Part shown: positions 34,400 to 49,300 of the stretch, piece by piece
Layout: every line of letters begins with the position of its first letter
Numbering within the stretch: position 1 is the stretch's first letter
Assembly (NCBI GenBank): GCA_030704615.1
Contig: CM060734.1
Coordinates: 60,884,001 to 60,948,000 of the forward strand
Length of the DNA: 64,000 nt
Reading direction: 5' to 3'
Source: Takakia lepidozioides
Lineage: Eukaryota > Plantae > Bryophyta
Position numbers and translations under genes: made by a program
Notes under the pieces: model-generated
What the model was told of the DNA's origin: nothing
Database searches by the model: none
The model's input: the letters and a program-made list of their open reading frames with translations, nothing else

Positions 34400-37300
34400 A
34401 TGTTGGAAGAGCATGTTGCTTATTACTTGGAGAAGTACCTTGGCAATTATGTCAAGGGACTCTCCAAGGAAGCGCTCAAGATCAGCGTTTGGCAAGGTAT
34501 GCGTCATTCTCCAATAGCTGGCTCCATCAAGTGTCAGCTGCCCTGGATTTTGTGTGATATCACAGTGAGTCTAGGTTTACCAATCATTTCTAGACTGCCT
34601 TGTAAACAAGACAGTAGGAATTTTCGTGGTTCACCCTCAGCAGAGGATTTACCGAGGTAGTTCAATCAACTCCATGCGTTGTTTATGAATCGAACAGATG
34701 AAATGTCTCACTTGACAAGGATTTTGAACTTTCAAGTTGTTCAATTCAGCGATTTGAATGTTCAGTATTTCTGGACGAATTTGTCCAGAATGATTGGGAA
34801 TTCAAGGGTACTGATGTCATTGAATTTTCTTCCGGGAATTAGATTAACCGCCGTTTGTGTTGTCTCTCTAACTGCGATGGCTTTTTGGACTTCCAACGAG
34901 AGTAATTAGAACCCAGTTTTGTCATGGCAACGTATTACTCTACCACAATCTAGATCAATATGTAGGTTTAGGAGAGAGAGAGAGAGGTGAGGAGAGTTGA
35001 GGGTTATAATGGTTGGGTCCGCCTATGAGTATCAAGGAAATGTCTTTATGGCGGGCCCTAAATTCGTTTGAGTCCTTCTTTACTGGGACGACTCACTTTT
35101 TTTACACATAATATTTGCAATCATTGATGGGTGGGAGATTCTCCAACAGGAGAGAAAGGTTGAAACAGTAGAACAGAAGCCTTGGCAAATAGCAACTCAA
35201 GCTGACCTAGTATCCCAACCAACTGCCTGAAGTTAACTGTGGAAAGGAAGGACAAATATATGCATGTAATTCTAGAGGAGATGTATGAGGAAGGGTCTAG
35301 CTTGATGTCAGGTAGGCTTTGGCTACTTTTTGATGTCATTTATCCCTTTTCACCAAATGTGCAGGAAATGTGGAGCTCACAAATATGCAGCTCAAACCGG
35401 AGGCCCTGAATGCCCTGAAGTTGCCAATCAAAGTGAAGGCAGGATTTTTGGGTTCTGTCAAGCTGAAGGTAGCGTACTTTGTCCCCATTTGATTGTTCTG
35501 TTCTCTGATGACAGACATGTAGCACTTGGAAGAGTATGCTTGGAGACGGACAATCAAGTGATAGATGAATTTTGCTTTACTAGCTGAGGCAGGAATTGTC
35601 CAAGTACTGAGCAACGCGGATCTGTGTGGACGATTGCCACATGGGCCCTCAGTCTGAAGTATTAAATTTTGTGCTGTGGTACAATTGCGTAGGTTCCATG
35701 GACCCGGCTTGGCCAAGAGCCTGTTGTTGTGTACCTCGATCGTATTTTCCTTCTGGCAGAGCCAGCAACAAGTGTGGAAGGGGGTGACAAAGATGCTGTG
35801 CAAAATGCTAAAACTCAGCGTGTTAAGGTGAGTTTCTATCTTCTGATCTTGTGGCAATATTTGTCCTTTTTGTCTTCATGGTATCATATGGTTAAGATGG
35901 TGGGATGGGCTGTGTTCTCTGATGCTAGATAGTGGCTGGAATTAGTCCTCAGACCTCTTTGTTGACCTCATAGTTACTGTTTTACTCATGTTTTGGCCCC
36001 TTTTCATTTGGCAGGAGGAGGAGACAAAGCTTGTAACAGCAAAACAAGAGGAGAGTAGGAAGCAAGAGCTCGTAAGCTCTTTCACTTCATTCAGGACTTT
36101 GAATTTTGTACTTACAAGGCAGGGGAAGAGTTAAGGGGTGGGGAAGTGGGAGGGAAAGGAGAAGGGGTTTAATTCATTTTGCTGTCTGGATTCTCGCTGG
36201 CTTTGAAGTATGTGGCAAGGTTCGTGACTATATACGAATTGTTGATGATTATTTGGAAGGCCTTTCTGTATGGCAAGAAGTCCACTCTAAGACGAAGCCT
36301 CTTTGTGTGGCCAGAACAACTCGTCATGGCTGGGCTCTCTAATCAGCACCATTATTGGGAACGTGAAGCTCTCTATTACCAATGTTCACATTCGATATGA
36401 GGACACTGAAAGGTATACCCGCCAGCCATCTGTGCACTGTTTTAGAAGATTCTGGACTTGCCGACATGGAGACTAGGGACACTTCCGACCTGGTATAATT
36501 GCGAAGGTCGGACGAAGAAGCGGGAGGTAGCCTTAAAGCAACGGAGGCTAACACTCATACAAGCTATTACTTCGCTGATGGCAAGAGTGGCAATTTCTTT
36601 GAACTATAGGAAGTAGTAGCAATGGACTCTACAGATATATGAGAGCTTTAACCATTATCTTTTTCCTGCAGCAATCCTGGGCACCCTTTTGCTGCAGGAC
36701 TGACGCTAGCAAAGCTTGCGGCAGTCACTGTTGATAATAACGGCAAGGAGACATTTGTCACAGGTGGAACTTTGGACCGCATCCAAAAGGCAAGTGATTT
36801 CATGATTGTTCTGAATATGTGCATAGTCTGTACTATGTACATAATCGCATAGCATTTTTCTGACTTCAATTAGTCATATGCAAGTACATGACAACTTTGA
36901 GTTGTGGTAGCAGTTGTGGTTGAATTTCCTGTTGACATTTTCGGCTTCAATGAGGTGAACTAAAGTCAAATCCACCCTGGTCTTGGGTGAGAACTGGGAC
37001 GGGAAAGGATGAATATTGAATAGCACACTGTAACTGCCCTTTCAGATCTAATGAGTATTCCCCTCTGGATTGCTGGTGTTGGTATGTGTGTTTTCAGGCC
37101 GGGGAGCTGGATCGTTTGGCTTTCTATTTTGATACCGATAGCCCTCCGTGGCATGTGGACAAGCCTTGGGACCAGCTCTTACCTTCTGACTGGAGCAAGG
37201 TAAACAACAATGATTGCAGGTTGAAAGTTAGGAGATCCCATGGGCTATTTTCATTAGTCGTATTCATGTCTGGAGAGGGCATGTCTTGTCTGGTGCTAAA

Positions 37301-40300
37301 CTATGTCACCATACATGACAGTCAAGAACCGTAATGCCTGACCCTTTGGTTTGGGGGTTCAGTGCATAGACCATTATGTTGAGAACAAAGAGGAGGAATA
37401 TATTGACTTTTCTCCCTACCTGCTATGTGCAAATCCATGCAAAAGAGTTTTCTGCCATCTTAGGCGAGCTTGCGAGATCTGCTCATTAAAAGCTGAGAAC
37501 TCATTTTGAGCATCTTAAGCTTGGACTATTGTTTTGATTTTGGGGGACTCTTCCCACTAAATATCTAGATGCCAATTACTGTAGCTTCGTATTTTGATTT
37601 CTTTCAATACCTCTCGTAGATTAGGAAATCTGGGGGCTGCCATGGTTCTCCAGGTTTTCTCCCAAACTGGCAAACCAACTAATTTCTGACCTTGTTCATT
37701 CTTCATGAGCAGCTATGCTAGGTTGGATAACTGGAACAAAGTAGGTAACTGGGAGCCCTTGCTGGAATGCTTGAAGTGTTCTTATGCTTGAACTAATTTA
37801 AGGCATCAACATCAACACATCAAATATTTGCAAGCTGAGTTCACAATCTTCTGTGCAGATTTTTGAGCCAGGAATAAAGGAAACCCCATATTTGGCTAAA
37901 GGTGAGAAGCCTCCATTGATACAAGATCATCACTACGTACTAGAGCCTGTGGGGGGCATTGCTCGGTATTTCAAGCTTGGAAACCAGGACACTAGAACCC
38001 CTGATACACCTGCGCAGAAAGCAGTCGCCATGCTTGATGACGTTACCCTCAGTCTGTCGGAGGTAACTCTATGCCGAAGCTCTTGTCAACAGTTTCTGGG
38101 GTAGTTCTTGTTCTGATGAAGTAATGTGGCAGGCCGCACTTTTTACCATGGCCTCTAGTTCCTTTCTCATTTGAGTGTGAACATGCCACATACATATTTC
38201 ACAATTTTATTAGAGGTGAGATTTTACTTTTTATTGACTGTAATCTTTTGTAATTTGTTTGTGATCTTTGGCAGAAACAATATCGAGATGTGTTGAAATT
38301 GACAGAGAACATTTCAGCCTTCAGCAAGCGTGTGCGATATGCTCACTATCGACCCACCGTTGGAGTCAAGGAGGACAAAAAAGCATGGTGGCAGTATGCG
38401 TGCAAAGCTATTATGGAGCAGCTGAAGAAAGCTAGGCAAGTATTTCAGCACTATCAATCTGGTGGCATAGGGCCCATGGGATAAACTAGAAAAACATAAA
38501 CTACAGAGAGAATGAAGCAGCCCGAAATTCAAGGCCTTCAATTTTTGCAGGATGTAGCTTGTCTTTTCCCAAAGGCATGAGAGAAGAGAGTCACGCTTAA
38601 AGTGGAATTCCTTACCTGGATTCTTCTCTTCTTATGTAAAGAAAGAACAGAACATTTCTTATGTCCACAGAGAATTAAATGAAAATGTATAACGTTCGCG
38701 GAAAGCTCAAAGAGCCTATGAGACAAGAGAAAGCAAGAAACAAGAAAGAGAGAGGGTCCGTCTTCAAGAAGCCCAAAAGCAACTATTTCCCGGATGTCAA
38801 CGCTCATGCAGGTATGCTGCTAAGCATTTCTGACCCTCGTAATGAAGACCTCAAGGTAGAAATTCTCTGAAGTATTGTCCGAGAAAATTAAGTAAATTCT
38901 GTTTTCAGAGAATTGTCCTTGAAATGGAAAATAGAATCTCCCATTGATCTCATAGTAGAAAAGACAGTGAATTGATTTACCTGTTGTTCCCAGCGTAGGC
39001 AGGGCCTCACTTTGCAGGTTGTCCCACCTACTAGTCTCTATCCACAGACTCTATGCTTTGTCGCGTTATTAGACCTGCCTTGGAGTACGGATCTGCTATA
39101 TGGGTTGATAACTCCAACCAGGCTAAGTCTCTAGAATCCATTCAAGTGGGGGTGCTTAAGGAGTGTATGTCAGCATGCTCCAAAACAGCCAATGTGGCTG
39201 TTCGGGGTGAGTTTGGCATTCCGTCCTTAAGCTCCCGACGAGATGAATTCAAGGTCAGATAGTGGGGTCAGCTGCAACATATGCCCAACACCAGATATCC
39301 TAAGTTAATCGACTCTATATCTTGGAAACAGGACCGCCCTGTCAAACAGGCTAAGTCCTGGCAGAAGAGAGTAGAAGAGATCCTCAAGGACCTGGACCTG
39401 GATCCGCAAGTCTTGACCCTGCTGGATAAATCTGACTTAGAGGCTGTAGTGTCCTCAGCCATGTCTGTTGCCATGTGATTGTCTGATGAAAATGAAGTTA
39501 GGCAGAAAACTTCCCTGAACTTGTTTCCAGTCTGTGACATGGGGGAGGACATCTTGGAGGGCTCAATCCCAGAGGGCACAGAGAAAGGCACTCCATTCTT
39601 ACCCTTGCACGTTGGCATATCTTGCATTATCAAAGTTGAAAAAATGGAAGTTTGTCCTGGGAGGCTTTCCTCTACCACATCCCACTGCAAAGCAAATGGG
39701 CCAAGAGAAAGTTGCAGAGGAGATCTTCCTCACCAAAAAGCCAAAGCTCTGTTGGATATGAAATTGCGGTATGCTTGTAAAGAATGGCTTTGTTTATCCA
39801 CTGGGGCTTTGCAGTGGACTTATCTCATGGAGTCAAATGCTACGGTTGTCACGGATGCGAAAACAGTATGTCTCACAATATGTGAAAGCTCTTCAAGCCA
39901 GCCCGGATCGAATTGTTATTGATGACAACAAAGAGATTCAGGACCTTGACCGGCAGCTAGACGCTGACATCATCACCCATTGGAGGTAATATGATGGGTT
40001 TTAGTTCTAGTGGGTTCATTCACCTGTCAGTTAGGAACCTTGTACTATTTTTCTGGAACCATTTGTAAATCACTTTTGTTATACCAAAATGTAATCATGA
40101 GAGAAAAGATTGTTACTCAAGAGGTGACGTATGGTTAAGTTGCTTAAGCATATTACCAGTTTAAGTTTGGCTTTTGCAGATAAAACACACAAGAACTATG
40201 CTTTGTAACTCAAATAGGAGATTCTGTAGATTTTCCCTTGGACTTGGAACTCATTTTCCCCATTATCAGCAAATTTCTTAATGCATCTTACCACCAATAG

Positions 40301-43300
40301 TGTGCGTACATGTCAAATCTGAAGCTATCATTACTTGATAACTATGTACACCTAGCACGTGTTGCCGAAGTATTATGCTGGTTGACTCTTATGTTATAAT
40401 TCTACCTGATTACTGATTTTCAAATTTGATAGTCACTTATAGTTGTTGATTGAATATTTCGGCAGGATGTTGGCACATGCATATGTGGATAAGACTAGAT
40501 CAAAAGATGCAAAGCGGCAGCAGCAGGCAAGGGGAAGTTGGTGGTTATTTGGCTGGTATGTGGCTTTTGAACCTTCTCCCCTAATTTAGGCATCTGCTTG
40601 TTCAGTATGGATTTTGCACGGTTGTGGATGTGGTCACACTAGCATGAATCAGGCACTTTACTAGGAAACATCTGGCACAGGAAGTATTGTAAACCTGCAG
40701 GCCCTTGGTAGACACCTGGCTTGACTGGCCTTATTGATGTTTGTTGCTTGGGAACAGGAAGAGGGAAGATAAGAGTTTGCACACAGGCAGAAAACTACTT
40801 GCCGTTGATGCTTTGACTGACCAGAAAGTAGAGTATGCTATTGGCACAAGTCTCTTGCCAGTCACTCATAGTCTCTGTGTTGGCAGGGGTGGTCAGGCAA
40901 ACATTGAAGAAACTGAAGCGCGCCCTTTCACTGATGACGATTGGCAGCAAGTTAACCAGATTATAGGCTATGAGGAAGGGAGACCCTCTCCACTCCTGCC
41001 TGGGGAGGATCCACCAAACATGTTGCACACAGTGGTTGAAATCCAGATGGATCACAATGCAACCAAGTTGTTGTCTGGCGAGAGAGAGCGTATTTTGGAG
41101 CTTTCCTCTGAAAGCTTTGGCTGCAGAATAAAGATCTATCCTCAAAGCAAATGGTTCGATGTCACACTGGACTCTTATAGGATCTCATGCCCCGAAGGAT
41201 TGCTGGGTGAGGTATGTGATTTGTTTTCGTTTATGAAATTGTTTTTTGTAACCAGGACAGGACAGTAAAACTCAGGAAAAGGGAAAACATAGGGGTACGG
41301 TATGCAGGTGCGGGAAGGTAACTAGACTGGTAAGCCTGGTTTGCACATGAGCAAATATACGTATTTATGACATGCTGAAAGAGTTTAGAACATGCCATCA
41401 TCTCAATAGCATGAAGAGTTAGAGGTCACCTGAAGGCTTTTCTGTAATTGCAGCAAGGCTGGTGCTACTTACAAGGCATGCCTCTTGTTTCCTTCAATGC
41501 CATCAATAGGACTTTTCTTACTGCACTGGCAAGGATCACATTGGAATTGGAGTTGTCAGCAGCCACGCAGATGAGAATGGGCTTTAATGCAGCAGCCTGA
41601 ACTAGACATGGATAGTTGTGAAGTAGAGTGAACTTTTGGTGCCTGCACAACATTGACCACTGATCGATGTGGGAGATCTTGCTTTTCTGCTTGTCTGACA
41701 GAGTGCAACCCATGAGAAAGCTGTGCAAGCAACCTTCATTCTGAGCCCCATCAAGGGCAATGTTGACTGGAGTCTGGCAGCTAGGGCTGCTCCTTGCTAT
41801 GTGACGGTAAGTTTAGTTGGAGTTGCAATCTGTGTATCTCTCAAGGCTACCACAAGCATTTAGTTTCCCTCTCCTTCCTCACTTTTACTTTGTGGTTTCC
41901 AGTTATTCATTTATATGCACATCCACTGTGTCTGGATTTGGCAGGTTTTGAAGGCAAGCATTGACAGAGTGGTCCAGTTCTTCTCAAGCAGAGAAGCCGT
42001 CAGTCGAACTGTTGCCCTGGAAACAGCAGCCGCTCTGCAGGTAGGTTACTTGACGTTTGCTGATGTAATGGAAAACCATGGAATTATGGAACAGTGGTTG
42101 CAACAATAGCAGCTTTTTGTTTCTGCTGGTGAAGCTATTGCATTTGCTCTCTTGCAACTTCTTGCTGTGCCTGAGCCCACGGCTATGAAAATTGTGTGCA
42201 GAAACATTTCTAAATCTAGGTTATATTGCCCTCTTATCGAGTAACTACTGATCTTGTGAGTTGGAAATTGAATATAGATGACGTTGGATGAAGTGTCACG
42301 AAATGCACAGCAGCAACTAAATGAAGCTTTGAAGAACAAGCCAAGGTATTATTCTAGGCCAATTCAACATAGGAATGTGAAAAAATGTTATTTATTTTCC
42401 AAAAAAGTTAGAAATAAAAGTTGGAATACTGTCAATGTGCTACAGAAGGCACCCCAAACTAGACTTAGTGGTGGTGAGATTTCATGGATGTAGCAGGATA
42501 GAGCCTAAACTGAATTTATTTATTTTGCCAAGAGTTCTTACTTCACTGCCCTCCAATTTGTTTTCTTGAACATCATGATGTGCAGCCTTTGAATAAATGC
42601 AAATGTCAATTACGATAGTACAAACTTCATTCATATGGAGCCTCCGTGCAGACTGTGTGAAGCCTTCAACTGCCAGCAGAATGCACCCATGCTTGGGACT
42701 CTCTCTGTGTACCATAGTAACAAGAGAGATGGTGAGAGGCCAATGATAGAACCAAAGACTCGAACAAGAATCCGATGTAAGGGAGCACCACACATGGTTA
42801 AAGAATGGCTACTCAGTGCACTCAACAAGGTGCATTGGATACAGTCACTACTAGTAAGGTGTTGTGCCAACAGTTGGTCTTAGTCCTTCATATTGGCATG
42901 AACTGATTGGAGTTACCTGATTTGACATTGTTAGGCACAGTAATTCACGCGATTGTCTGGTTCTGACTCATACCTCACTGAACTTGAAGAGTTGACGGAT
43001 CTGGAATGGAAACCAGGGTTGATCTGTAGGACTAAAGCATGATTTAATTTTCACGTGATACAAGTGCTTCGCATGTTGTTGCTAGGTGCTAAGTAACATT
43101 TATCTACCTGTGATGGAAAGATGACAGAACTCAGTAAGTTTGTACCCCTCTGAAGGGAACTGATAAAGTCAATGGTGACTCCTATTCAAGATTGTTTAAC
43201 TGTCCTATTCCCTGCATATCTTCAATTCAAGGCTTTAGTCTTCTTTCTTTGTCTGTTGTCTGCTGCTTAATGTTGATACATGGCTCTCTATTGATCTTCT

Positions 43301-46300
43301 GTTTCATCTTTACTATAGCATTCACTTTTGCCTTAGGTGGTCTGTCTTGTTCTCAATTTGGTTATGTTTCTAAAGTAAGCCTGGAGTTCTCTGCTTTTCG
43401 ATACAGCTATATATTTGTCTACATCTGATGGATTGATTTGGCAGGTTTTCACTTGACCTGGACATTGCTGCACCCAAAATTACCATTCCCACAGAGTTCT
43501 ATCCGGATGGCAAGCATCAGTGCAAACTCCTGCTTGACTTGGGTTATTTCAACCTGCAAACAGAACAGGTAGGAATTCCCCATCTGTCTCATATTGCTCC
43601 ATTTTCCCTCCATTCTCGGCATCTAGTGACGTTTAGTTGGTAAATGAGTAAAGTCCTTCTTGACTTCAACCTCCAAACAGAATGGGTTGGAATTGCAGTT
43701 CAGTTTTACAGGCCCTTCCACCCAAGGGGCTCGTGGCAAGGGCCCTCGCAACATCTATGAGGCTCAAAGCTGCAGGTTTCAGGAACTCCTGGTATGCTCG
43801 AGTGGACAGTTTATTTCAACGCAACGGACTCTCTACTGCTTCCCTATTACCAATGAATCCAGATGAGGTGGACATCACATCCAGACATGACCGCAACAGA
43901 CTCATTAGGAGAGAGCTTATGGAATTACATGTCAAGAGAACTTGGAAGCTACCAATCCCACGACAAAGCTCCACTTCTATCGAGAGACATTCTTGGTGCT
44001 CCGAGATGATAGAATCTTGAGGCCAAATTACCTTTCAGCATCCTTATCTCCTTCCCTCCTGAGGGCATTGGGGCGGTTCAGGGTGGGTTCCCACAACCTA
44101 CGGATAGAGACTGGCAGATGCGAAAACCTGCAACGGGAGGACCACCTATGTCCAGCTTGCATAGGGCGCAGCCAGGAAATTGAAACTGAAGAACACTTCT
44201 TCTTCTACTGCCCTCTATACTACGAGATCCGTGGGAGATTCCACTGTTTATTCAGTGGAACCCAATCTCTCACTGAAGTCTTCCACTATGAGGATAAAAA
44301 ATGCTTGGCAGCCTACTTGGACGGGGCCTTCACCCTTAGACAATTGCTAGAACATTAGTTCTTATTCTTGGGCTCTGGTTTTGTTTCCATCTCTCATGTT
44401 TTCTTCCATTTTGTCCCATAAGCTCTTTGAGCTTTCCGCGGACGTTATAAAGCACCATTTCATTTCATTTCATTTCTCCATCAATTTTCCAATCAAGCAA
44501 TGTCTTGGCATTAAAGTGTGGTGGGTCCAGTAGTAAACAGTTTGTGCGATTCATTTGGCCTCTGTTTAGGCTGTCAAATTCTCATGTATATGTGGGAGTG
44601 AAGGGTGGTACGTCATGCATATGATATGTTTCTTGGATGGTGAAGGGGGAAGGTACATCACCAGAGGAGATGGAGGTGTACATGCGCTTCCGTGTTTGGT
44701 TGAGTGATGTTTCAGCATTTCTTGTTGATGGAGATTTTGACTGGAATAAGCAGTACATTGTGGATGAGTCAAATCAAAAGCTTCGACTTGAAGACGAAGA
44801 AGTCGAAATCCAAAGGGAAAAGGACGTAGCCCAAAGTGACAAGTTTGGGGGAAGTGGTGAAGAGATTGAAGGTAGTGGCAAAGAACGCAAACAGAAGGGT
44901 GAAACAATCAACAAGGATGGCAGGAAAGGTGAGGATGAGACAAATGAGGCTGAAGTAGATATTGAGAAGAGTCGAGTGACTGGTGAAGAGGAGGAGAAGA
45001 GTGCAGAAAGAGCTGACAAGAAATGGAGAGGGGAAGGTGATATTGTCTACAACAAGTGTGAAAATGGCACAGAGGATACAAGTTCTCGAGATGGTTTCTG
45101 CTTTTGGCCAGTGCTTGAAAAGACTGGGGTGGCGGTTTCATTACAACAGGTAACCTTTGATGGTGAATCCATTTTGTTCTCCTTTCAACCTCATTCTTGT
45201 ATTTCTCACTATCTTGTGTTTTGTAGCAGTTTTTTTGGTCTGCTCAGTCTTTTTGGCTCTGGTTTTGTTTCCTCTCTCATGTTTTGTTCCATGTTGTCCC
45301 ATAAGCTCTTTGAGCTTTCCGTGGACATTATAAATTACCATTCCATTTCATTTCATTTCATGTAGTTTGACTGTCTCATACACCTCCTGTGGATTGAATA
45401 AAGTTGAAGAGATTGGTCAGGAGATCACAGATGCAGATAAGTTTCTCTGTTTTTTCCCCTTTCCTTTGTCCCACAAGCTTTGAATTTCTCGTGGACAGTA
45501 TGAAGTCTCTTTTGTTCCCATTCCTCTGTGGAGGCCTTCAGCTTTGAAGATCTGAAGTGTCTTGCGGCCTATCTGCTTGAGGGCTTTGGTCTTAGGGCAT
45601 CAGTGATGTATCCGGAAATGCTCATTTCTTTGTTCCACCTCGTCCCATGGGCCCTCTGTGGACGTTATAAAGTTTCATCTCTCTACTATGAGATCCGTGT
45701 GAGATTCTTGTGTCGTTCCGATACACCCAATCTCTCATAGACGTCTTCCGGATCAGAAATGCTTGGTGGCATATCTGCATGAGTCATTGACTCTTAGACG
45801 ATCCCTTGAACGAGAAAAATCCCTTTATGAGGTCTTCAATTACAAGGCTCAGAATTGGTTGGGTGTACATCTGCATGAGGCTTCCCATCTTCGAGAATCT
45901 CTTGGTGAATAGTTGTTTCTGGGCTGCTTGTTGAGGGTCCCACTTTCTTTCTATGAGGCTCAAAGCTGCAGGTTTCAGGAACTCCTGGTATGCTCGAGTG
46001 GACAGTTTATTTCAACGTAACGGACTTTCTACTGCTTTCCTATTACCAATGAACCCAGATGAGGTGGACATCACATCCAGACATGACCGCAACAGACTCA
46101 TTCGGAGAGAGCTTATGGAATTACATGTCAAGAGAACTTGGATGCTACCCAATCTCACGACAAAGCTCCACTTCTATCGAGAGACATTCTTGGTGCTCCG
46201 CAATGATAGAATCTTGAGACCAAATTACCTTTCAGCACCCTTATCTCCTTCCCTCTTGAGGGCATTGGGGCGGTTCAGGGTGGGTTCCCACCTACGGATA

Positions 46301-49300
46301 GAGACTGGCAGATGGGAAAACCTGCAACGGGAGGACCGCCTATGTCCAGCTTGCATAGGGCGCAGCAAGGAAATTGAAACTGAAGAACACTTCTTCTTCT
46401 ACTGCCCTCTATACTACGAGATCCGTGGGAGATTTCACTGTTTATTACCCAAACTCTCACTGATGTCTTTCACTATGAGGATAAAAAATGCTTGGCAGCC
46501 TACCTACACGAGGCCTTCACCCTTAGACAATCGCTAGAACATTAATTGTGGTTTCTAGATTTGTTCCTCTCTCATTTTTTCTTCCATTTTGTCCCATAAG
46601 CTCTACGAGCTTTCCGCGGACGTCATAAAGCACCATTTCATTTCATTTCATTTCTTGTATCCTGCTTTCTTTTGTCCCATAAGCTCTTTGAGCCTTCCCT
46701 GGACGTCATAAAATCTCTTTGAGCTTTCTGAGGACGTTATGAAGTACCATTTCATTTCATTTCCCTAGATTATATCTTACTTTTATGTACATAATAATCA
46801 TTTCAGTTTTCAGGCTAAATGCGAACTAATACATGTGCGCCACGCCCCTCACCAAGAAGTGGCTCTTTGACTCAGTCGTCACCCCTGCCACCACTTATGG
46901 CTGTGATTTCTGGTCACCTGGTGTCCCAGTTTCCTGTTGGGAAAGAAATTTGGAACTGCTGCAATTGTCTTTTCTCCAAGGAGTGCTTGCAGCTAGATAT
47001 ACAACACCATCACAAATTCTATGTGTGGAATTTCGATGCATTCCGATTCAAACCGAGGCCATCATCCGGCTTACAATCATTCTTACAAGGTTACAGGCCT
47101 TCTTACCCAGGGCTGACAGCCCGGGCTCTCACAACATCTATCAGGCTCAAATTTGCTGGTTTCAAGACCTCCTGGTATCCTCGGGTGTCCAACTTTTTTG
47201 AGCGACTTTGCATTGCTTCCCTACTGCGACAAAGTACAGAGGGGGTGGACCACAATAGATGCTTCAGACAAGGATGTATGGAACATCACGTCCCAGGGAC
47301 ATGGAACCAGCCAACCTTAAAGCTGCAGTTCTATTGGGAGACGTGTATTCTTGGTCATCCGTGAAGATAGATCTTGCAGCCAAATTACCTGTCTGCAGCT
47401 CTATCTCCCTCTCTTTTAGGGCAGTGGGGAGGTTCAGGATGGGCTCCCACAGTCTGGATAGAATGTACCCATAAGACTTTGTTTGCATTAGCCTTGTGGC
47501 CATGTGGATAGAGACTGGTAGATGAGACAACTTGCAACGTGAGGACCGCCTATGCTCTGCTTGCGCTGGGAACTCAAGGGGAATCGAAAGTGAAGAACAA
47601 TTCTTCTTTCACTGCCCTTTTTACTGTATCTGTGGGAGATCCAATTGCCTATTCCTTCATACCAATCTCTTATGGAGGTTCTCCATTAGGAGGATCGGGA
47701 ATGCTTGGCAGCCTACCTGCACGAGGCATTCACCCTTAGACAATCACTCGAACAATAGTTCTTTTCTCTGACTCTGGTTTCCTGTTTTCTCTCATGTTTT
47801 TTTTCCATTTTGTCCCATAAGCTCTATGAGCTTTCCGCGGATGTTATAAAGCACCATTTCATTTCGTTTCGTTTCGTTCTCATGTCCCATAAGCTCTTAC
47901 CATTTGAGCACAATGGACTCTCTATTGCTTCACTATTACCAGTGAATCCAGAAGGGGTGGGCATCACATCCAAGCAAGACTCATTAGAAGGGAGCTTATG
48001 GAACTACATGTCAGGAGAACTTGGAAGCTACCCAATCTCACGACAAAGCTCCATTTCTATCGAGAGACGTTCTTGGTTCTCCGAGATGATAGAATCTAGC
48101 GGCCCAATTACCTTTCGGCATCTTTATCTCCTCTCCTGAGGGCATTGGGGCGGTTTAGGGTGGGCTCCCACAACCTACGGATAGAGACTGGCAGATGGGA
48201 AAACCTGCAACGGGAGGACCGCCCATGTCCAGCTTGCACAGGGCGCAACCGGGATTTTGAAACTGGAGAACACTTCTTCTTCTATTGCCCTCTCTACTAT
48301 GAGATCCGTGGGAGATTCCACTGCTATTCCGCCGAACCCAATCTCTCACTGAAGTCTTCCACTATGAGGATCAGAAATGCTTGGCAGCTTACCTGCACAA
48401 GGCCTTCACCCTTAGACAATCACTCGAGCAACATTTTTTATTTTTGGCTCTGGTTTTGTTTCCTCTCTCATGTTTTCTTCCATTTTGTCCCATAAGCTCT
48501 ATGAGCTTTCCGCGGACGTTATAAAGCACCATTCCATTTGATTTCAATTCTAAGCATACCTTTCGAACTTACGTCCATTGGAATGTACAGACCAAACACA
48601 ATAGGCCCCTTCATACAGTCTAAATTATTTTCAGGGATTGCTTGTCCTTGACATGAAATTTGAAGAGTGATGTCTAAGAAGTTGTGTTTGAATGATGCAG
48701 AGTTGGGTGCCTCACCCTTCCTATCCATCAACAAGAGTAGCCTTACGACTACCAGTACTGGGTTTTCAGTTTTCGCCAGCACGGTACCACCGCCTTATGC
48801 AAGTCCTGAAGGTCTTTGAGAGGACTAGTGATGACAGTGAAAGTCTTTCGATTCAGCCTTGGGAGCCTGCGGACTTTGAGGGCCCGATGTCTGTCCTTTC
48901 ATGGAAGGTACATAAACATGTCAGATTACTGACTTGCATCTCAAGCTTCAAAACATGTTTGTGCAATCTCTTTTGCTTGTTGTTACCTCTAGTTTTAGTA
49001 CTTCTATTTCCTAGAAACTTATTTCCATTGTATGTAAATAGGGAGTGGGACACAGAGAAGCAGTCTGGCAGCATCGGTGCGGTGCTTTGGCAGGACCCTT
49101 CCTTTATGTTTTGGAGTCTCCTTCCTCACAGTCTTACAAACAATGTTTCAGGTAACCTCAGCTCCAATGGACCCTGCTACTCCCGATCTAGAAGTTAGAA
49201 ATGTGTCCTCAGCCTGCGTACGTTTACCATATGCTTTAGAAGTTTGCCTCCGGTACAGCTTGCCATGATGTATTGATGGAAGTGAATGGCCTCTTTTTGG

